The position numbers and the translations under genes are program-made. Below, piece by piece: positions 30,686 to 38,775 of a stretch of 64,000 bases of DNA. Origin of the DNA: Candidatus Obscuribacterales bacterium (GTDB lineage: Bacteria > Cyanobacteriota > Vampirovibrionia > Obscuribacterales > Obscuribacteraceae); assembly GCA_965228855.1 (NCBI GenBank), contig CBDDIJ010000002.1, forward strand, positions 2,176,001-2,240,000, given 5' to 3'. Each line of letters starts with the position of its first letter. Positions within the stretch are counted from its first letter, which is position 1. Below the pieces are notes generated by a model. The model made no database searches, had not been told where the DNA came from, and saw only the letters and a program-made list of their open reading frames with translations.

Positions 30686-30875
30686 CCGAAATAAGATTGT
30701 TCACGCCTGCCATAGATTCTTCCTCCGGCGCGCGACTCGTCGAGGCACTATATACGGTGCTCTAATGATCGCACATTTGCCTTACCAACTGGTTGCACCA
30801 TTGGTTTGGTTTATCCGTTACGCTGCTTCTGTTATCATGGCTGAGCGCGGATCATTTGTTCAGGGTCGAGTATTC

Positions 30876-31391
30876 ATGCCGCTGGTGGATCCACATCTCT
30901 ATGTTCTTAAACGGCCGAGACCGCCTGGCACAACGTATGTGCTAAAGACAGAAGTCCTCCGGCGAGCTTTTGACGGAACCATCCAGGATTTGCGCATTGA
31001 GGTAGTATTCTGTGACAAGCAGTCATATTGGAAGAAAGATCGAGATAATCTGCGTGATACCGGCGTGGTACGCGTCATCGAACTGCGCTATGTACCTGAC
31101 GCTAAATACTGCCTTTCCGGCGAATGGCGTGAAGAGGGCTTAAGTCGCTTACTCCGAATAGATATCTATGCAGTTCCGATCTCCTCTTGGAAGGAATCTG
31201 GGCTGAACAAGGAACACGTTGAGCTGGCGTTGCAGCAAATCAAAAGCCAGCATTTGTCAATCGCCTCATGGAATTTTCCATGGCACTGTGATATCCGCCT
31301 GCTTGAGCAAGAGCACACTCTGTCTTGTCGTGGGGAATTTGCTTCAAGAATTGGAGAAGGGAAGGTGAGCGAGTGGATAGTGAGAGCATGA
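30876..31391 (+). CDS. hypothetical protein
   Basis: Globular ORF; the upstream in-frame extension runs through att/arm DNA and is likely non-coding. Confidence 0.6.
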   Translation: MPLVDPHLYVLKRPRPPGTTYVLKTEVLRRAFDGTIQDLRIEVVFCDKQSYWKKDRDNLRDTGVVRVIELRYVPDAKYCLSGEWREEGLSRLLRIDIYAVPISSWKESGLNKEHVELALQQIKSQHLSIASWNFPWHCDIRLLEQEHTLSCRGEFASRIGEGKVSEWIVRA

Positions 31392-31651
31392 GCCCTGGTC
31401 AGGCGGGTAAGACCAGCGCGCATTGGTTACCATGCAACTTCGTTAGCTGGGTACCATGCCGTCTGGTCCTAGTTGAATTGCTGCTTCCAAATATAGCTTC
31501 AGTGGCTTTTCCATCAGGTAGTCTATGTCATGCAAAAACGCGTCGCCAGTCTCCGTGTCTTTATCAGATAACAGGATGATTTCCTCAACTAGTTCTGGCG
31601 ATAGATGTTTTGCAATTTCCAACAAAGTGCTGCGCCATAACTCTCGTCATT

Positions 31652-32065
31652 TCATTCCTTGGACATAAACAATGCCGGTGATACCTTGAAATATTCCGCA
31701 AGTCGGCAGGCTGCTCTTTTGCTCAAGCCTCGATGCCCGCTAAGGAAAGCCGAGAGATTTGATTTGTATCCGACGTATTCAACGAGATCTGCCTGAGCTA
31801 GCCCATTCGACTCCATAAGAAATGCCAGGGCTTCTCGTGGTGTCATCTCTTCTGCCAATCGGGGAAGTCTCTTTTCGAACTGACCAATCAAATCTCCAAG
31901 GACAGTCAGATAATCGGCCTCGCCGTTGCTCAAGCTGCTTCGGCGGTACGCGAGCCGCTTCATAACTTTTATGGCTTCGTCGAATTCTGACTTGTCGCGT
32001 AGCGGAACCAGAGGAAATTCCCTGACCAGCTCCATATACGCTTTGTCAACTCTTGCTGTATTCAT
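31652..32065 (-). CDS. higA: HigA-family antitoxin (HTH)
   Basis: YLTVLGDLIGQFE, LAFLMESNGLAQADL, RGLSK...LAEYFKVSP; ATGA overlap with higB. Confidence 0.9.
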   Translation of the reverse strand: MNTARVDKAYMELVREFPLVPLRDKSEFDEAIKVMKRLAYRRSSLSNGEADYLTVLGDLIGQFEKRLPRLAEEMTPREALAFLMESNGLAQADLVEYVGYKSNLSAFLSGHRGLSKRAACRLAEYFKVSPALFMSKE

Positions 32066-32343
32066 GCCTGCCACCGATCATATTCTGCGTGCGTCATAAC
32101 CTCTAAGACGTAAACGCGCTGAAGGGAAAAGTCAACCGAACTAATGAGTCTGTAATTGTTTCCCCCGATGTCGAAGACGACTTGCTCCTTCACATAGTCC
32201 GCGCTTCTAAAAGTCTCGCGTACTTCGGCGAAAGATTTCCATGCGGCTGCCTTCGTCACGTCAATCCAATTCGCTAGCGGCCTTCGTGCGTTCGAATGTT
32301 TTTTCGCAAACGAGTGCAATTCGCTTTCGTTGATGATTTCCAC
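32062..32343 (-). CDS. higB: HigB-family mRNA interferase toxin
   Basis: WKSFAEVRETFRSADYV, VFDIGGNNYRLI, THAEYDRW. Confidence 0.93.
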   Translation of the reverse strand: MEIINESELHSFAKKHSNARRPLANWIDVTKAAAWKSFAEVRETFRSADYVKEQVVFDIGGNNYRLISSVDFSLQRVYVLEVMTHAEYDRWQA

Positions 32344-32356
32344 TCAAATCACCTTC

Positions 32357-32441
32357 AGGTTATCAAATTGATAACTGCTTGTCAAGTCTCGGCTGTCGGG
32401 CTTTGATTGGGTAAGTTATCGGTTTGATAACAGCGTGTCAA
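32357..32441 (-). promoter_or_regulatory. two tandem promoter-operator units for higBA
   Basis: TTGACA-17-TAACCT (32385-32357) and TTGACA-17-TAACTT (32441-32413), each overlapping GTTATC-N5-GATAAC. Confidence 0.85.
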
Positions 32442-32642
32442 GCTCAGCAGATAAATGGAAGAGACCTAGCTCCGCAGCGTGAATCAGAGCAAGAGATTTG
32501 GAACCGCTTAGTCCGTGTTTTTGTGCGGCAATTAAATGTTCGCCCTGAAGAGGTGGTGCCGAGCGCCTCATTAACTAGCGACCTGGGGATTGTTTGACGT
32601 AAAATGTTTCGTTACCAATGCTTCCAACGGTCAAGTAAACTC

Positions 32643-33329
32643 ATGTCATCGACATCAATCAGGCTTGTTTTCTCAAATCAGAGAATAGAAGCCGCCAGGA
32701 TTTCCGCAGTTCTGCGCATGCCGCCGTCGCAAAGTAATGTTGAATCGGGAAATACTGACGAGCAAAGGTTTCCATTTTGGGAGCTGGATGGCGAACACGC
32801 CAAAGATGTAGAGACCTTATTGCCGCTTTGGGTTTCACATCTGGAATCTGTATATCAGCAATTAAAAGCGCTGAGCACCGAAGACTTAGGTGGTTATCTT
32901 GATGTGCGCGTCTACGAAGACAACCTTTTCATCGATGATGATCTGTTGACGCGCTTGGGTGCGACTGGCATTGGAATGAGTATTTGGTTCAATCCTCCGG
33001 AGCAAATCACTTGGACGGAGCCCGATCACCAGTCGACCCTGGCAATTCCTCAACCAACCTCGTACTATTGCCAGCTTGACGAAGCTCATTTCTTTAAGTG
33101 GCTCCAGGAGATCGATGGTGTAAAGGAAGTGCGCGGGCACTCTGCTGGCTTGACGGTTTATTTATCTGTTTCCGCTCTCTCTGATTATGCGTTAAGAGAT
33201 TTGATCGGACTGCTCTTTCGATATGACGTTCCGATGTCTTTCTTACGTTCGCAACTTACTTCGGGGAACGAGCATTGGTTCAAGGATCCAGGCACCTATT
33301 GGTATGAAAAAATTTTTGGTGAGACTTGA
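32643..33329 (+). CDS. two-domain hypothetical protein (DUF4279-like N-terminus; immunity-like)
   Basis: ISAVLRMPPS...W...LLTRLGATGIGM pattern; second domain DEAHFFKWL...LRDLIGLLFRY...WF...YWY..IFG. Confidence 0.65.
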   Translation: MSSTSIRLVFSNQRIEAARISAVLRMPPSQSNVESGNTDEQRFPFWELDGEHAKDVETLLPLWVSHLESVYQQLKALSTEDLGGYLDVRVYEDNLFIDDDLLTRLGATGIGMSIWFNPPEQITWTEPDHQSTLAIPQPTSYYCQLDEAHFFKWLQEIDGVKEVRGHSAGLTVYLSVSALSDYALRDLIGLLFRYDVPMSFLRSQLTSGNEHWFKDPGTYWYEKIFGET

Positions 33330-33441
33330 TGCTGCTGTTCACTGCGTCTAAGGATAAAGTTGGCTGCGCGTTGTTTTATACACCAGATACAGTGGCGCTA
33401 AATTAGACCGAAACATTTCAGTACATAGATCAAACTGATCA

Positions 33442-33480
33442 CTCATCCTTTTGGATGACTCCTCTCGTCCTTTGGGATGA
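33442..33480. promoter_or_regulatory. tandem palindromic operator-like sites
   Basis: CTCATCCTTTTGGATGA and CTCGTCCTTTGGGATGA, 22-bp period; weaker copy 33576-33592. Confidence 0.55.
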
Positions 33481-33654
33481 GCCAGTTCTGTCCAGTGCTC
33501 GTTTTTCTGAAACTTAAAGACGACAAGCGAAGTTTGAAATCTACGCATATCGGCAAAGGTTTCTTGAAACTGAAATTCATCCTTTCGACTGAGGTTAAAT
33601 ACCAATGATGGTGACATCATCTACGGCAATTTTAGGAACCTCGGAAGTCTTACT

Positions 33655-35058
33655 ATGGTCACCAAATCATTTACTCGCGTGCTTTCTTTGACGGCAGCTA
33701 CTTGCGTCCTGTTGTCTGCGACTCCGACGTGCCCTGCATATGGGCAAAGCGAAGCCGACAATGCCGTTCAAAGCGATCCAGTCTTGAGAGGCTATACATC
33801 GGACTCGAATTTATTTGAGCAAATTGACAATGACATTCTCAAAAAGGAAGTCGAGTTGCTCAAACTAAACGCTGAGTTTCGTACGCACTACACCGCCGGT
33901 GACAGGTGGAAAAAGCGAAGAATGAAATTATATGACTTCGCTGGTGGTGGCATCGCAAACGCTGGAGATATCGCTCTTCTAAGTCAATTCTGGCGGTATT
34001 ATAGAAATCCCGGAGATGGACTCGCTCATAAAGGACGTCTGGAATCTGGTCCGCTTGTCGTTATGATCGCATACTGCACTCTTGGAGGGCTTTATGCTCT
34101 AGAGGGCTGCTACGATCTTGCAAAAGACTATAAGGGCAAGCAAAAAGGTTTCGCCGCAAAGACCGTCTACAAAAAGGCGCTGGCAGCAAAGATAGAACTC
34201 GACAAATTGTTTGCTGTCCGCGATCAAAAACTGCAGGCGTTAAATTCGGACAACTGTGCGCTGCAAACTGCCCAGGGGCGTGTGTTAAAAGATGTTCGCG
34301 ACCTTTCATTAATTGAATTCTCCAGAGTTTACGTAGACTCTCGGAAGCAGAAAGCCGCTCGCGACTTAACCACCCTTGGTACCATTGCTGTATGTGCTAC
34401 CGGCGCCTGGCCGGGTGCCTACGCGGTTCTTCGCGGTGTGAAGGATGTTAATCTCAAGAAGGTTGGAAGTGGTGGGATCGGTTTCTTGATATCAGGCTCC
34501 ACCTTAACAGCGGCTCCTGTCTTGATACATGGTGGCGCAGCGATCACCGGTAAGGTTTGCACTTCTAAACTGGAAGAGTCGCTAGTTAAGTCTCAATCGA
34601 CAACGATCGCGGCTCTCGAAAAGGATTTGACAAACTATCGCGAAATCGCGGCGAAGGTCCGTCCTTCTGTGGACCATTCGCAGCACTTCGCCGTGGTGGC
34701 AAAACTTCTCAAGGACCGACATGAGTTTCTTGAAAAAGAGCGACGCCGGCAGAAGCGCGAAATACTGGAGAGCTTTATCTCGTACGCTGTGCGCGGCGGT
34801 CCGCAAATCGCTTTTGGTGCGATGTTAACGAGAGCGGGATACAAGTACAACACGAATCCGGTTAAGGCATTCAAGGGTGTCGCGCAAGCGGCAACTGTTA
34901 ACGAAGTAAGCTGGGGAAGCTGGCTGCTCGATGTGACTCAAAAGAGCGCCCGAAACGAACTTGAGTTTCGCCGACAGGATAAAATTGCTCCTGGCGATGT
35001 GCCGTTCGGTGTCAGTAATAGTCAACTCGTGACGCTCGAACAAGCTGGAACGCAGTAA
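33655..35058 (+). CDS. exported helical hypothetical protein
   Basis: Signal-peptide-like N-terminus; Gly/Ala-rich hydrophobic segments. Confidence 0.75.
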   Translation: MVTKSFTRVLSLTAATCVLLSATPTCPAYGQSEADNAVQSDPVLRGYTSDSNLFEQIDNDILKKEVELLKLNAEFRTHYTAGDRWKKRRMKLYDFAGGGIANAGDIALLSQFWRYYRNPGDGLAHKGRLESGPLVVMIAYCTLGGLYALEGCYDLAKDYKGKQKGFAAKTVYKKALAAKIELDKLFAVRDQKLQALNSDNCALQTAQGRVLKDVRDLSLIEFSRVYVDSRKQKAARDLTTLGTIAVCATGAWPGAYAVLRGVKDVNLKKVGSGGIGFLISGSTLTAAPVLIHGGAAITGKVCTSKLEESLVKSQSTTIAALEKDLTNYREIAAKVRPSVDHSQHFAVVAKLLKDRHEFLEKERRRQKREILESFISYAVRGGPQIAFGAMLTRAGYKYNTNPVKAFKGVAQAATVNEVSWGSWLLDVTQKSARNELEFRRQDKIAPGDVPFGVSNSQLVTLEQAGTQ

Positions 35059-35086
35059 TTCGTTTCAAGCGCCCGCAAGAGATCGC

Positions 35087-36109
35087 TTACGTCAGACCGG
35101 CTCCGGGAAGTGGTGCTCTTCCTAGCTTCTGCTTTAACTTCGGTTGACGCAGCAGTTCGGCTTCCTTTTCGGGGGACAGACCGGCTTGTCGTGGCAGCGC
35201 AGGGTCTCGGGTACGGTCCCAAGCCAACGTGTCGGCGATCGTTTTCTCGATTGGCCTGCATATAAGTCCGTCAGCGACCGCCTTTCTGCGATCCAGTCTC
35301 ATCACACCGGCAAAGTGTTTCATCGTGTCGGGAATCCAGAGCGGAAGCTCCGACCATGGCGTCACGTCTGCCTTGAGTAATACCACTTCTTCCACGCGAA
35401 CCATTTCTGAGTCCACTTTGGCTGCGCGCTGGCACGCATCCAGTACATCCAGTAGTGTAAGTCGATCGATCGGACCTGTCGCGATATAGATGCCGTGCGC
35501 CTCCGCTTCGGTTCTCGCTAGTATGAATGCTGCTAGATCTCGTACGTCGATGAATTGAACCTGTCGGTCCAATTTTTCCGGGACCGCAACTTTTCCACCA
35601 CAAGCGAAACGCGCAGGCCAGTATGTAAAACGGTCGGTAGGATCGTAAGGTCCCACGATGAGACCCGGTCTAATTATCAGAAAACGCTCAGGCATCATTT
35701 GAGTCAGAACTTTTTCGCAGTCGGCTTTGAGACTTCCATAATCACCTTGTTCACCGAACGGTGTGTACTTGATCGGACTCTCCTCCGAGAGCGCGATTTC
35801 GGTAAAGTCGCCATAAGCCGAAATTGTAGAGATGAAAACGTAATTCTTGACCGCGGCAGCCAGTGCTCGAATTGAATGTTCCACGGATTCCGGATGATAT
35901 CCGCACACGTCGATGACTGCGTCAAATTCGCGACCATGAAGGAAGCTCAGGTCACCGTTTCGGTCAGCCAACAGACGTTCTACGTTTGCCTGTTCTTCGA
36001 GATAAACGCTTCCGCGATTGATCGTGGTGACCTGATGTCCCGCAGCCAGTGCTTGTGCGACGAGATGTCGACCAAGAAAAACAGTTCCGCCTATTATCAA
36101 TAAACGCAT
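35087..36109 (-). CDS. NAD-dependent epimerase/dehydratase (atypical SDR)
   Basis: IIGGTVFLG, YGSLK, RPGLIVGP, QFIDVRDLA. Confidence 0.92.
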   Translation of the reverse strand: MRLLIIGGTVFLGRHLVAQALAAGHQVTTINRGSVYLEEQANVERLLADRNGDLSFLHGREFDAVIDVCGYHPESVEHSIRALAAAVKNYVFISTISAYGDFTEIALSEESPIKYTPFGEQGDYGSLKADCEKVLTQMMPERFLIIRPGLIVGPYDPTDRFTYWPARFACGGKVAVPEKLDRQVQFIDVRDLAAFILARTEAEAHGIYIATGPIDRLTLLDVLDACQRAAKVDSEMVRVEEVVLLKADVTPWSELPLWIPDTMKHFAGVMRLDRRKAVADGLICRPIEKTIADTLAWDRTRDPALPRQAGLSPEKEAELLRQPKLKQKLGRAPLPGAGLT

Positions 36110-36208
36110 AATGTTCACCGATTTCAGTTCTAATGTTTCGCCGAGAGATAGATAATACCAAGTTTTCAAGCTTGTAGACTAAATTTTCCCACGCTTGCCG
36201 GAGAAACC

Positions 36209-36778
36209 ATGAGTAGTGAACTGCAAAACATGCTGGACAACAAGCTGTACTTTTCAGCGGATCCAGAACTGAAAGCGATGCGAATGCGCGCCCGAAAACT
36301 TATCAAAAAGTACAACGACAGCGAGCCTGATGAACCGGAAATGCGCCAGCAAATGCTTGGTCAGCTACTAGGAAAGATGGGTAAAAATTGCGAGATCGAG
36401 CCGGACTTTCGTTGCGACTATGGGACATTTATAGAACTTGGTGACAGCGTATTCATTAACTTCGGTTGCGTAATCCTCGATTGCAACTACGTCCGCATAG
36501 GAAACAATGTAATGTTTGCCTCCAATGTTCAATTGCTGTGCGCATATCATCCTTTAGATGCCGACGAGCGAAACTCTGGTTATGAGCTTGGTGCGCCAAT
36601 TACGATCGGAGATAACGTGTGGTTGGGTGGTGGTGTTATCGTAAATCCTGGTATCACAATTGGTGCTAATTCCGTCATCGGTTCCGGCAGCGTAGTGACC
36701 AGGGATATCGAGCCTTTCTCGGTCGCGTACGGCAATCCATGCCGAGTCGCCAAGACTTTGCCGAATCCAGCTCGATAG
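36209..36778 (+). CDS. maa: maltose/galactoside O-acetyltransferase family
   Basis: EPDFRCDYG, hexapeptide repeats, IGDNVWLGGG, GNPCRV. Confidence 0.9.
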   Translation: MSSELQNMLDNKLYFSADPELKAMRMRARKLIKKYNDSEPDEPEMRQQMLGQLLGKMGKNCEIEPDFRCDYGTFIELGDSVFINFGCVILDCNYVRIGNNVMFASNVQLLCAYHPLDADERNSGYELGAPITIGDNVWLGGGVIVNPGITIGANSVIGSGSVVTRDIEPFSVAYGNPCRVAKTLPNPAR

Positions 36779-37549
36779 TTAAAGAGAGGGATTTTTTCTG
36801 AAGAAATCGAGGATAAGCCAGATGCAAGCCATATCGGTGAGCAAACCGTGCGCGATTGCAGCGGTTATTATGGAGCCGCTACGTTTATAGATGAGCGCCA
36901 GAATGCCGTTATAGACTGCGAGCATCAGAATTCCGATTTCATTCCAAACCGGAAAGAGAACAAGTTTGAAAATCAAGTAGTGAAATATTGCGTGTGCCAA
37001 CGAAGACCAAATTAGCGCAAAATGTTTGATTTTGATTCGCTCTAACTCGTTGTATAAGACGCCGCGCCAATAGAGTTCCTCAATGATAGGGTTGACGAAG
37101 GTGGCGTACAATCCAAATAAAATTAAATTGCCGCGCGTCAAACCCAGCTCCCGAAGCAGCTCTCCAACTCGTTCGTTGCTAAGAACAACATGACCCGCAA
37201 TCTCGTAAGCTGCGACCGTGATGAAACTGAACAAAAGCGCTGCGAGGAAAATCCAAAGGACATGCTTCAGCTTTGGTTTCTTCAGCGTTTTCATCCACAG
37301 GTGTTTTCCTGCGAAAATAGACGGCGCCAAATAAAGTACGTGGTAGATTCCATACGCCCATGCGGCGCTCTTCATTTGATATAGTCCAATCCAAATTGTT
37401 ATGCTTGGAATTAGCGACCACAGCAGTATTCCAAGCATCTCAGGCGCGAAGATGCTGTCGTGCGCTGCGACATGCTCATCGTTTTGATTAACGTCCAGCG
37501 AGAGTAACCTTCCCTTCGTGGTTTCCAGAACAAGTGCACATTCTCGCAT
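36779..37549 (-). CDS. CPBP (CAAX/Abi) intramembrane metalloprotease
   Basis: EELYWRG, HAIFH, AHGLLTD; multiple TM; start uncertain. Confidence 0.85.
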   Translation of the reverse strand: MRECALVLETTKGRLLSLDVNQNDEHVAAHDSIFAPEMLGILLWSLIPSITIWIGLYQMKSAAWAYGIYHVLYLAPSIFAGKHLWMKTLKKPKLKHVLWIFLAALLFSFITVAAYEIAGHVVLSNERVGELLRELGLTRGNLILFGLYATFVNPIIEELYWRGVLYNELERIKIKHFALIWSSLAHAIFHYLIFKLVLFPVWNEIGILMLAVYNGILALIYKRSGSIITAAIAHGLLTDMACIWLILDFFRKNPSL

Positions 37550-37657
37550 GGATGTTTTTATATGGCAAAACTGGCTCAAGCCCTTTCCGAATGTGAAACG
37601 GGCTCGCTGGGGGCAGCAGAAGAGTGGCCATTCGCCACCCTCCGGCTGCAAGCTGAG

Positions 37658-37879
37658 CTATTCGTAGTTTTCAATTCGATCTAAGTGTTTCCGTATCCAT
37701 CGCATCAATGTGATTGCTTTCAGAGATGCCGGAAATATGCCAGTCCCGGTATCGGAGATTGGAATTGGAAACTCGAAGTTAATCGAAGTCCCCGTCACGC
37801 GGTACCAGAGGTCGCCGTCCCTGTAACAGACAAACTCGGCGTTAGTGCCCTTAACGAGCGTCTTTAGTGATGTGTTCAT
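37658..37879 (-). CDS. small hypothetical protein (paralog of 38309..38575)
   Basis: GAGG RBS; KTLVK..AEFVCY.DGDLWYR..FP.PI.DTG.GIFPA..KAITLMRW.R.HL shared. Confidence 0.85.
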   Translation of the reverse strand: MNTSLKTLVKGTNAEFVCYRDGDLWYRVTGTSINFEFPIPISDTGTGIFPASLKAITLMRWIRKHLDRIENYE

Positions 37880-37900
37880 TGTAAATCCTCAGTTGATCAT

Positions 37901-37985
37901 GGGGCTGCCATAGTTCGAGTGCACGAAAGCGGACGCCACTATATTTAGTGGCGGTCTTTGAACTAGTCTTGACTGCTGGCAGTTT
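37901..37985. ncRNA. candidate structured RNA or operator-containing leader
   Basis: Nested stems CTGCCA/TGGCAG, TAGTTC/GAACTA, GCCACTA/TAGTGGC. Confidence 0.4.
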
Positions 37986-38308
37986 AAAACAGCTGCTCAT
38001 GCCCATATGCTATGGACACGATGTATTTTTATACGCGAGCGTCGCCGAGCGGCTACGCCCGCACTCGATCAACCATTGCAAAATCATAGTGAGCGCATGA
38101 GAACGATGTCGCGCATGCAAACAGTCGCGCACCTATGTCGCGGGCTGTTTTTAACGACGTATCAATCAGGTTCATATGGGACCAATGTGCTCAATCAAAT
38201 TCAGTTTAAAGCAAGTTCTAGTTTGAGGCAAGAATGAAGATCAAGGGCGCTCATAGGGAGAGGTTTCAATCTTCGCGCTGTGCGACTTGAATCCCAAGGA
38301 TTAGCCGT

Positions 38309-38575
38309 CTAGTCCAATTCTGGAAGTTTCTTTGCGTCTTCGCCGTCGTTCTCGATGCTCTCGAGATGTTGCCTCACCCAGCGCATCAATGTGATTGCTT
38401 TGATTTTTGCCGGAAAAATTCCGATGCCGGTGTCATCTATTGGAACTGGGAAATTGAAAACAAAGTTTCCGTCGGTTTCAGATGTTCCAGTGATGCGATA
38501 CCAGAGGTCGCCGTCCTTGTAGCAAACGAATTCTGCAGTCGTGTCTTTTACCAGTGTCTTTACGGCGATGGTCAT
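38309..38575 (-). CDS. small hypothetical protein (paralog of 37658..37879)
   Basis: GGAGG RBS before ATG 38575; high similarity to neighbour. Confidence 0.85.
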   Translation of the reverse strand: MTIAVKTLVKDTTAEFVCYKDGDLWYRITGTSETDGNFVFNFPVPIDDTGIGIFPAKIKAITLMRWVRQHLESIENDGEDAKKLPELD

Positions 38576-38775
38576 GGTTCCTCCGGTCAGTCTTGCTGGT
38601 TTCTCCGAAGTTGCGAGCAAGGCGCTTTTGTTTAAAAACGATATTGAAGCATAATGACAGCTGGTTTCGGCAAATTTGGAGTCGACGTTTAACACTTTGT
38701 TGGTCAAGTGAGTTCTCGGCGTCTTGAAGCCGTTTCTGCTAGGCTGGATTTAGTCGCCAGTTTGAGCATTTAAGT

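Larger units (their letters stand above)
30554..33329. mobile_element. degenerate tandem island 2 (integrase deleted; right boundary not found)
   Basis: Left end homologous to island 1; 30703-30779 copies the integrase start/upstream region 26394-26470; TA cargo; no third att copy seen. Confidence 0.6.

Noticed and set aside
30501..30875. N-terminal extension of the 296-aa ORF (and ORF 23896..24201)
   Set aside because: Runs through att, arm sites and the integrase-upstream remnant; similarity between the two ORFs reflects the DNA repeat
31443..31625. 60-aa ORF after higA as a third TA component
   Set aside because: No RBS or convincing start; looks like a gene fragment
33330..33654. Right att site of island 2
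   Set aside because: No further copy of the tmRNA 3' end or TGTGGCCC doublet seen; boundary left unresolved
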